From assembly GCA_963765895.1 (NCBI GenBank), contig CAVXZB010000084.1, positions 96,001 through 160,000 of the forward strand: 64,000 bases of DNA. The letters run 5' to 3'. The stretch's first letter is position 1. Every line of letters begins with the position of its first letter. Shown in pieces: positions 1 to 9,205 of the stretch. The stretch comes from an uncultured Nitrososphaeraceae archaeon. Lineage in GTDB: Archaea; Thermoproteota; Nitrososphaeria; Nitrososphaerales; Nitrososphaeraceae. The notes beneath the pieces are model-generated. The model worked only from the letters and a program-made list of their open reading frames with translations, did no database searches and was not told where the DNA came from. Both the position numbers and the translations under genes were made by a program.

Positions 1-398
1 TTTTGAATATCTGTTGGGATATCCTTTAGATCAATAATCGTAGAATAAGTAGGATCAACTTTATGGTGTGGAGCCGCAATGATTTTAGAGTCTTGGCCTT
101 CTTCATCTTCTGTAAGCAAGACGGCTACTGGTCTAGCCTTAACTACGGATTTGGGAATAAATGGATCTGCACCAAGCACAAGAACATCTATTGGATCACC
201 GTCATCTTCTACTGTTTGTGGAATTATACCGTAATTGTATGGATAAGTCATAGAGGTGAGTAGTCTTCTGTCAACATTTAGAGCTCCTGTTTCAGTATCG
301 ATCTCGTATTTTATGTTGCTATTCTTTGGAATTTCGATCAAGACATTAAATTCATCGGGTATTTTCTGTCCAGGGTTTAACCTATCTATAAAAGACAT
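1..398 (-). CDS. ppa: inorganic pyrophosphatase (family I), 3' end runs off the window
   Basis: Not in the ORF track; hand translation from ATG at 398 gives MSFIDRLNPGQKIPDEFNVLIEIPKNSNIKYEID...YPYNYGIIPQTVEDDGDPIDVLVL...DEEGQDSKIIA, with the family I D-G-D-P-x-D signature. Confidence 0.95.
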   Translation of the reverse strand, partial: MSFIDRLNPGQKIPDEFNVLIEIPKNSNIKYEIDTETGALNVDRRLLTSMTYPYNYGIIPQTVEDDGDPIDVLVLGADPFIPKSVVKARPVAVLLTEDEEGQDSKIIAAPHHKVDPTYSTIIDLKDIPTDIQ

Positions 399-490
399 TC
401 TGTTGAAATTGGTGTCCAGACAATAAAATATAATCTTATGGTAAAGGTACCCAAAAACATAAACACAGGATCCTATATCGGCTCTTATAA

Positions 491-3400
491 ATGGGACTTT
501 CCAATAAATTTGATATCAAGCTAATAGAAAATGAGGTTAGGCAGTACTTCGATAACATTGATATCAAATCCCTTATACAAAATGACCTGAAAAAAAATGG
601 CAATGGTACTTTACTTGGCTACGTAGATGGGCCTCCAACCTTGAATGGAGAACCCCATGCAGGACATTTGAGGGGAAGAATCATAAAGGATCTATGGTAT
701 CGGTTTAAGACTTTACAGAAGAATAATATCATTTTTAGAGCTGGATGGGACACGCAAGGACTCCCGATTGAGCTGCAGGCCGAAAAAGAGCTAGGACTAA
801 CAGGTAGTAAGATTGAAAATATCCACAGGGTGGGAATACAAAAAATTGTAGACACCTGCAAGAAGATAATTAAACACTATGGTGAAAGTTGGAGAAGGGT
901 AGATGAACTTCTGGGAATGTCATTTGATTATGAACTTGCATATTGGACATTTAGGGATGAATATATTGAACGAGAATGGCATTATCTAAGAAAGGCATGG
1001 GAATACGGCATCCTAAAGGAATGGTTTCGTGTTGTGGCGTATTGCCCGTCGTGTCAAACTTCATTGAGCAATGCTGAAATTAAGCAAGGATATGCCGCTG
1101 TTAAAGACCCGTCGTTATATTATAAGGTAAAGCTAGTTGGTGAGGAAGTATACATAATTGTGTGGACTACTATGCCATTTACTGTAGTCACGGATGAGTT
1201 AGTCGGCGTACATCCTGATGCGAAATATGCATTTGTGACGGTTAAAAATGAAAAATGGATAGTCGCGGAAAACAGATTGCAGGGAATTAATGGAAGAATT
1301 ACATATAGAAGATTTTTCAGTCGATAGGGTGATAACCGGAAACGAACTAGACGGGAGGCACTATATTCACCCATTTTTAGATTTAATTCCAGAATTACAT
1401 CGGCTATCTAACTCAATACATTTTGTTGTGGCCGAACCATTTGTAGATATTGAGACAGGTAGTGGTATAGTACATATATCTCCAGCAAATGGAGAAGAGG
1501 ATTTCGAAATTGCTGTGAGGAGAAAGATTCCGATCTTTGCTCCTATTGACGACGCTGTTCACTTCACAGATAAGGCGGGCGTTTTTAATGGAATGTTCGT
1601 AAGAGATGCAGACCTAAAGGTCACTGAGATCCTAGAAAGAGTTGGTTCCTTAGTTAAGTTGGGTATAATAAACCACCAGTATCCTACATGCTGGAGATCT
1701 CATCACAAGGTAGTCTGGCTTGCAAGAAGAGAATATTTCTACATGATAGACGGTCTCGAAAATGCTCCTATTGACGCAGCAAAAAACGTAGAATATTTTT
1801 ATGAACCGCCGAAGAATAGATTCTTGGAGATTATAAAAGAAAAGGTTCCTTGGTGCATTACAAGAGAGAGACTTTGGGGAACACCCCTTCCATTCTGGGC
1901 ATGTATCAAATGTGGACATAAGGAATATCTTTTTTCTAGGAATGAGATATTGAGGAAGGCCCTCAGTCTCCCAGATGGTCCTGATTTTGCATTGCATCGT
2001 CCGGAAATTGATAGAATAGAAATTGCCTGTGAGAAGTGCGGCGCTAATATGCAAAGAGAGCCTTTTGTTTTAGACACTTGGCACAATAGCGGGGCCGCTC
2101 CATATGCTTCGTTAACAAATCTGGAATATCAGAAAACAATTCCTGCAGCTTTTCTAACTGAAGGTATTGACCAAACAAGAGGCTGGGCATATACTCTTTT
2201 AATTGAGAACGTGATACTGAATCATTCCCCGATTGCACCTTACCATTCATTTCTTTTCCAAGGCCATGTGTTGGATGAAAACGGCAATAAGATGAGCAAG
2301 AGCATTGGAAATGTTATTGATGCAAAAGTGTTACTCACTGATAGTGCTGTAGATTTGGTTCGTTTTTATTTTATGTGGAAGTCATCTCCGATTGAGGCGC
2401 TAAACTTTAGTGTTAAAGAAATGGCAAGTCGACCCCATCAAATACTTAGTACTTTGTATTTTCTTCATATCTATTTCGAACAAAATAGTAGTTATGACAG
2501 ATTTGACAAACATGTTCACAGTCTGAAATGGGCAATCGAGAATGATTCCCTTGGTGTTGCGGAAATATGGCTTCTTTCAAAGCTGCAAAAATTAATTGAT
2601 ACTGTCACAAATAGTTTTGAGCATTGTAGATTTCACGATGGTGCAAAAGCCATTGACGAATATGTGATTAATATTGTTAGTCAGACATACGTTCCTATAA
2701 TAAGAAATGATATTTGGGAAGACAATGTTGAGTCACTTAAGAGGCGACTTGTAATATATTCTGTCTTAGGTCATACATTGTTCGTATTAGAAAAACTTCT
2801 GCATCCACTAGCGCCATTTATCACTGAATATCTGTACCAAAAGTGCTTTAAGGAAAAAGAAAGCATTATACTTGAAAACTGGCCCAAACTTGATGAATAT
2901 CTTGTAAACTGGAATGTTGAACGCAGTTTTAATATAGTGAAGGAAATAATATCGCTTGCAAATGCTGCCAGAACAAAAGGCCATTTAAAAAGACGTTGGC
3001 CAGTAAATAAGGTGCTAATTGGCTGTCTTAATCCTACTTTTATAAATGAACAAGGAATTGGAGAAGTACTCAAAAGTCAACTAAACACTGAAGAGTACAA
3101 GGTTGTGAGTATAACTGATCCAGCGCTACCAGTTGAACACATTTCTAATTTACTTGAAAGCAAGCTCCCTGTCGCCGTAAATGCCACACTTGTAACCAAA
3201 AATATTGCTCCAAGGCTGAAAGATAAAAGAATTCTATTAGTTAGGCATGCATTTGATGAAATGGATAAATCTGAAATACTACGATCGCTTCATTCCAACG
3301 GTAGCTTCCAATTGAATTATGATGGTGGGGAAATCACGCTTTCCCTGTCAGATATAGAATTATCTTACGAGGCATCTGAAGGATATGAAATGGCAAGACA

Positions 3401-3710
3401 GGGCGATTTGATCGTTTTTGTTTCTACAGGACGTGATGATAAATTGATAGCAAAAGGTGTTCTTAGGGATTTGGCAAGAAATTTACAGCAGGTACGAAAA
3501 GAACAGGGCTATAATCCAACGGATATTCTCTCTGCAGCTTATGTCGCATATCTTGACAATGAAGATATTAATGCAATCGCTGAGATAAAAGAAGAGTTAG
3601 TTTATCTGGTTAGAGTGAGGTCAGTAGTGGTAACGAAGCAGCCAATTGAAAAAGTGAAATATAAAGATGTAGAGTTAGATGGTCGAAAACTGCTGCTAGC
3701 CGTGGCTTAA
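491..3710 (+). CDS. ileS: isoleucyl-tRNA synthetase; split by one extra G at about 1282-1284 (probable sequencing error)
   Basis: HIGH-like PHAGH, GWDTQGLP, WTTMPFT, GSGIVH, EGIDQTRGW and KMSKS motifs across ORFs 491-1327 and 1290-3710; removing one G from TTG CAG G GAA TTA ATG joins them. Confidence 0.95.
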
Positions 3711-4063
3711 TTCGTACCGCAATTTTTCATACTGTACAATATTATTTGATGCTGCATATCGCTAGTAGTATATTGGGTTTCAGTGACAATTAGTAATGCA
3801 CTTAGCTGAAATGCCTGTCATTTATATTTGCTAGGCCTAATACCAGATATAATATAACAAAATGTTGGTTAAGAAGTAGATTGCAGTTAATTGGACAATA
3901 TACCAATAAGTATAGGGTAGAGCTAATCAGACAGTCGCAAAAGCAATGCTCTCAATAAAATATACATAACTCGAGGCTTCTCATGTGGGAAATTCATTTT
4001 GAAGCTTATACCACATTTGACTACATGAGGAAATTTTATTTAGTCTCTATCACTTTTCCTTAT

Positions 4064-4405
4064 GTGGAAGTTTATACAGACATTAGACCTTGGGGAAAAT
4101 TTGAAAAGTTTCACGAAAATGAACTCTGCACAGTAAAATTGATTTATATCAACTCGAACTCAAGACTAAGCCTTCAATATCATCAGCATAGATGGGAATT
4201 CTGGAAGATATTAAAGGGTACAGCTGAAGTAGAGCTTGATGGGGCTAAGGTTTCCGTGAAAGAAGGTGAACATATCAAGATAGGTACCGGTGTTAAGCAC
4301 AGAATCAAGGCCTATGAGGATTGTATTGTGCTAGAGATTTCGTATGGTAGATTTGATGAAAATGATATTACAAGAATAGAAGATGATTATGGTAGAGTAA
4401 AATAG
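4064..4405 (+). CDS. cupin, mannose-6-phosphate isomerase type II C-terminal-like
   Basis: RPWG, LSLQYHQHRWEFW, HRI and DITRIEDDYGR motifs; GTG at 4064 is a more plausible start than 3983. Confidence 0.85.
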   Translation: MEVYTDIRPWGKFEKFHENELCTVKLIYINSNSRLSLQYHQHRWEFWKILKGTAEVELDGAKVSVKEGEHIKIGTGVKHRIKAYEDCIVLEISYGRFDENDITRIEDDYGRVK

Positions 4406-4658
4406 GAAATATAGCTTTTATGTGTATAAACATATGATACAGTTTTTCTCTGCTGGGATAACATTAGATTCTGGATCCCTCATAATTACAGTTTCGACCG
4501 TACTGATGTGTATATGCACCCGGATCAAGTAAGCACTTCATCAGACGAGATGTTCTAGCAGAATGCCCCGTTCACAAACAAAATACAATTACAGAAATTG
4601 GAGAATAATTTTCATCTATATCGAAATACAAATAAAGCCCTAACATCGCTTTACGATT

Positions 4659-5975
4659 ATGAGCGCAAGCAAAAAACCACATATGAATTTGGTGGTTACA
4701 GGTCACGTTGATAATGGTAAATCGACTTGTGTAGGTCATTTAATGGTCGATATGGGAGTTATTGACCAGAGGACTATAGAAGCATTTGCTAAGGAATCTG
4801 AGGCAACAGGTAAGGGTGATACTTTCAAATATGCTTGGGTTTTGGATAGTATCAAAGATGAAAGGGATAGAGGTATCACGATCGACTTGGCCTTTCAAAA
4901 ATTTGAAACTCCAAAGTTCTTTTACACATTAATTGACGCACCAGGGCATAGAGACTTTATAAAGAACATGATCACCGGCGCTTCCGAGGCTGATGCATCG
5001 GTCTTGGTAATTTCAGTTAAGCCAGGTGAGACAGAAGGCAGCAACTGAACCTGGCGGTCAAGCTAGAGAGCATGCATTTTTGGCAAGAACCCTTGGAGTC
5101 AGCCAAATGATAGTGGCCTTGAATAAAATGGATGATTCAGGATATTCAGAGGCGAGATATAAAGAAGTTAAGGAAATAGCCGAAAAAATGTTGAAACTTG
5201 TCGGGTATAACACTAGCAAAGTTCAATTCATTCCAGTTTCTGGATGGAAAGGTGACAATCTAATTAAGAAATCTGAAAATATGCCATGGTACAAGGGACC
5301 TACTCTTCTGGAAGCTCTAGATATGTTTGAAGCGCCTGAAAAACCGATTGGAAAGCCTTTAAGGATCCCGGTACAAGATGTCTATTCCATAACTGGTGTT
5401 GGTACAGGTACCAGTTGGAAGAGTTGAGACCGGCATAGTTAAGACTAATGACAAGGTAGTCGTAATGCCATCTGGTGTCAATGGTGAAGTCAAGAGTATC
5501 GAGACTCATCATACGCAGATGGATTCTGCTGAAGCTGGAGACAATATAGGTTTTAACCTCAGGGGTGTTGACAAAAAATCAATAAAGCGTGGAGACATGA
5601 TTGGCGCTGCTAGCAGTCCGCCGACAGTGGTCAAAGAATTCGAGGCACAGATTATAGTAATTCATCATCCTACCGCAATGGCCCCCGGATATACGCCAGG
5701 TACTACACGCACACACTGCCCAAGTTGCTGCTACACTTTCAGAATTTGTCGCCAAAATTGACTCAAAGACGGGAGGAGTAGTAGAAGAAAAGCCTAAATT
5801 TTTGAAAACCGGTGACGCTGCAGTTGTAAGGATTAAGCCAGTCAGACCGTTGGCTATTGAAACATTCAAGGAATTTCCAGAAATTGGAAGATTTGCCTTG
5901 AGGGATATGGGAACAACCATAGCAGCTGGCGTGGTTAAGTCAGTTACAGAGAAATATGATCCCTCTAAAAAGTAA
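4659..5975 (+). CDS. tuf: translation elongation factor EF-1alpha; three +1 insertions (about 5037, 5407, 5699)
   Basis: [30 protein letters not shown], and C-terminal [15 protein letters not shown]; removing one G at each site restores one frame ending at TAA 5973-5975. Confidence 0.97.
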
Positions 5976-5989
5976 AGTGAATTTTTGGA

Positions 5990-6301
5990 ATGCCGCAAGA
6001 AGCTAGAATAAAACTTACCAGTACAAACCTTTCTACACTTGAAGGTGTATGCTCAGAAATAAAGGGTCTTGGCGAAAAAAGTGGTATAAAGCTGAAAGGA
6101 CCACACCCTCTTCCCACTAAGAAAATGAGAGTAGTAACTAGAAAATCTCCCTGTGGACAAGGAACAAATACATATGATAAATACGAATTGCGTATACATA
6201 GAAGAGTAATTGACTTGGGTGCCGACGATAGAGCTATCAGGCAGCTTATGAGATTAAAAATACCTGACGACGTTTACATTGAGGTTTCTTTAACTCAATA
6301 G
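5990..6301 (+). CDS. rpsJ: 30S ribosomal protein S10
   Basis: KGPHPLPTK, TRKSPCGQG and YELRIHRRVID motifs; directly follows EF-1alpha. Confidence 0.97.
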   Translation: MPQEARIKLTSTNLSTLEGVCSEIKGLGEKSGIKLKGPHPLPTKKMRVVTRKSPCGQGTNTYDKYELRIHRRVIDLGADDRAIRQLMRLKIPDDVYIEVSLTQ

Positions 6302-6545
6302 TTGATGCCGTTCCGTTCTACCTTGAGCTGATTGTCCAGCCACAAGTGGAATGCGCTATTCATTTTCTAATAATATTTTATGTTTGACTTGTGAAAATGC
6401 TTCACTAGCTCATCGAGCAAGATCATACTATATTCTTAATTTGTATGAGAACTAGCCAAATTTTAGTAGTTTAGTTATGGTTATGGTTATGGTTATAATG
6501 AATAGTAATGAATCAAATTCGCTTTTGCAAAAACAATTTTGAAAT

Positions 6546-6881
6546 CTATAGCTGTGGTCCAATATTTATAAGAGATTGCATTGTATGAAATAACGGATTA
6601 ATCTCAGAAACAGGGCCGTATAATTCCAATTTCGTTAGGCATTGAATAGAAATTCTTGCCATTCTAAAGATAAACCCTCTTACCGAATACTCTAATCCCT
6701 GGATCCTATCTAAGCCTTCACTTACAATATCATCAGATTTAATAATGTATCCACGCTGTGCATACAGAATCAACCTCTTATCAGTTATCACGACTCTATA
6801 TTTTTTAATTCCGTATCTGACTAAGGAAGTGCTATAAAACTTCACATTTTCTGAGGGCAGTAGAAAGTCTTGTAGTGGCAT
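6546..6881 (-). CDS. PH-domain-like small protein
   Basis: 111 aa ORF with LLPSE near the N-terminus and VVITDKRLI, a pattern typical of prokaryotic PH domains. Confidence 0.55.
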   Translation of the reverse strand: MPLQDFLLPSENVKFYSTSLVRYGIKKYRVVITDKRLILYAQRGYIIKSDDIVSEGLDRIQGLEYSVRGFIFRMARISIQCLTKLELYGPVSEINPLFHTMQSLINIGPQL

Positions 6882-6970
6882 TACTTTATTAGTTAAAGAG
6901 GAGTCTTGATGATATTTAGGAAAACAGGTTGCAGCAATTTGCTGATGTGATTTAGATTTATTGATATGTC

Positions 6971-8026
6971 GGCTCTGTAGAAACCATGTTCTGAATACCG
7001 TTAGAGCTTTCTAGACGTATGATCCAATATGGATGTTGAAAGAATCAAGATATGTTAGGCTGGCTAATACTATGTACCGTGTCTTGAGAAATTCAAGGAT
7101 ACCATTGTTTCTTCACAGAAAGAGCAATCATGCATTTATGATATGGTAGCATTTAGTATTACTTACAATAAGACAGTACGAAGGTAAGAGTTATAGGATG
7201 TTTGTCGAGTGGTTAGTCGAGGCACATTACCTTAGATCGTACCTACGATTGTCACGTATTCCTCATTTTACAACATTGCAAAAGTTTACAGACAGACAGA
7301 ATTAGCAATTCACTGCTTGAGAAGATAATTTCGTCATTCATTGTAATTAGCTGGTACGAAGCATATCTTTGTAGGAATAGATTCAACAGGATTTAAAATA
7401 ACTCAATTCACTGCTTGAGAAGATAATTTCGTCATTCATTGTAATTAGTGGTACCAAGCATATCTTTGTAGGAATAGATTCAACAGGATTTAAAATAACT
7501 CATGCTTCACAGTATTATGATGAACGAATAGAAGCAAGAAGAAAATATGCGAAATTATCTATTAGAGCCGATGTATTACAACAGATTATCTGCAACATAA
7601 GGATAAGACGAGCTCCTACAAGACATGATAATGTAGATTTCAAGCCAATCATAACAAGGATAGTCAAATATCCCTTCCACTATCCGTAGTTACAGCTGAT
7701 AAGGGATATGATAATGAAGATAATCATCAGTTGGTAAGAGAAACCTTGCATGCATTCAGTGTTATTCCAGCTCGATATGAACATGTACCGATATGGAGAA
7801 CACATGGCAGATATAGAAAGCAGATGAAACGTGGATATAACGAACTATTGTACAATCAACGAAACAAGGATGAGACCATAATGTCTGTCATAAAACGACT
7901 ATTTGGAGAATATATTTCTTCAAGGCTAGTAAAAACACAGAACAGGGAACTATCATTCAGATGCATAGCCTATAACATGCACAGGCTAACGAATATTGTC
8001 ATTTTTGTGATGATTTCTACATGGCC
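6971..8026 (+). mobile_element. IS5-family (IS903-like) insertion sequence, copy 1, defective
   Basis: Ends GGCTCTGTAGAAA / TTTCTACATGGCC (imperfect inverted repeat, resembling IS903 ends); 8-bp target duplication GATATGTC at 6963-6970 and 8027-8034; near-identical inverted copy at 41674-42629. Confidence 0.92.
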
Positions 8027-8051
8027 GATATGTCATATCACTTTAATATAG
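7033..8051 (+). pseudogene. DDE transposase pseudogene
   Basis: GIDSTG, ADKGYD and YNQRNKDETIMSVIKR motifs; TAG at 7147-7149, ACAG duplication at 7288-7299, internal ~97-bp duplication. Confidence 0.9.
7306..7500 (+). repeat. tandem duplication of ~97 bp inside IS copy 1
   Basis: CAATTCACTGCTTGAGAAG...AAAATAACT occurs at 7306-7403 and 7404-7500; single in IS copy 2. Confidence 0.9.
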
Positions 8052-8153
8052 GCATCAATCAGGGATTTTGTTTTGGCAAAGTCAGTTCTCTGATTTACGG
8101 AAATTACACAATTATATTCCGGACAGACGTTTTACAGTATTGACGATCGAGAC

Positions 8154-8957
8154 ATGCCCTCCGCAGATATGACAATGTACGAACACATCAATGAATTGCG
8201 TGTTAGAATATTTCATATAGCAATTTCTATAGCAATTATTACAATATTCTGCATGAGCTTTGGATTAAAACCTCTAAATGATTCATTCTTATATTATCCA
8301 GTGCCCGACCCAATTAATAACATTGCAGTTCAATTGACGTCTTATATGAGAGATACGCTACTTCCACCCGAAGTAAAGTTAATACAGACCTCGCCAGGTC
8401 AGGCATTTTTTGCTCAAATATACGTGGGTATGTTATTAGGAGTGCTTGGATCGATGCCGATCATTATTAAAGAAATATTTGGTTTCATCTCTCCGGCCTT
8501 TGAAAGAAAATTTAACAAGAGCCTAATCGTCAACATCATCCTGCCGACTATCGCCCTATTTATTTCAGGAATAATACTCTCCTATATCCTTGTAATTCCA
8601 TTCACGCTTGGCTTTTTGTATAAATACGGTCAGGCTATTGGAGTTGAGACATTCTTTAATGTTAACGATTTTATTTCATTTGTTTTACAATTCTTTCTTG
8701 GGTTTGGTATCGCATTTGAACTTCCAATGATAATGTACGCCTTTACACTTACTGGTATGATTGATGTCAATTTCTGGAAAAAGAACTTTCGCTATGCAAT
8801 TATAATCTTGGTTGTTTTTGGTGCCATAATAACTCCTGATGGGAGTGGAGTCACAATGTGGTTTATCGCTGGTCCTATGATTGCGTTGTATCTACTTGGA
8901 ATTGTATTTATTCAAAGAAGAGAGAAGAATAGAATGAGAATGGAAAATATAACTTGA
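8154..8957 (+). CDS. tatC: twin-arginine translocase subunit TatC
   Basis: EHINELRVR, FELP and AIITPD motifs; about six hydrophobic segments. Confidence 0.93.
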   Translation: MPSADMTMYEHINELRVRIFHIAISIAIITIFCMSFGLKPLNDSFLYYPVPDPINNIAVQLTSYMRDTLLPPEVKLIQTSPGQAFFAQIYVGMLLGVLGSMPIIIKEIFGFISPAFERKFNKSLIVNIILPTIALFISGIILSYILVIPFTLGFLYKYGQAIGVETFFNVNDFISFVLQFFLGFGIAFELPMIMYAFTLTGMIDVNFWKKNFRYAIIILVVFGAIITPDGSGVTMWFIAGPMIALYLLGIVFIQRREKNRMRMENIT

Positions 8958-9205
8958 ACTCTTGATGAAGGAATAATAGCGTGATAATGAATAGCTACGA
9001 GAGTGTAATTATATTCCCCATTCATGGGGGCTTGACTACACCAAGGCATAAACGTAGCGTGTTGTAGGGAACTCAATGTAGAGCTTATAATTGGGATGTC
9101 TCAGATAACAGGCGAACCTAACCTAAATTCAGTGGTTGGTTGGTCCTGCATTTCCTAGGTTAAGATGAACATTTAATAGGATTCACAATTGACCATATAT
9201 TATCG

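Noticed and set aside
63-263. 66-aa plus-strand ORF
   Set aside because: Antisense shadow of ppa
4495-4580. Short match to antisense 16S (CGGGGCAT) near CTGA upstream of EF-1alpha
   Set aside because: Only about 8 nt of complementarity and no proper C box; expected by chance
6473-6497. (GTTATG)n microsatellite
   Set aside because: About four units between convergent genes; no evidence of function
8958-9170. Possible C/D-box sRNA or structured RNA between tatC and polB (TGATGA near 8963, short hairpins)
   Set aside because: No convincing CTGA D box or rRNA-complementary guide; not tRNA-like
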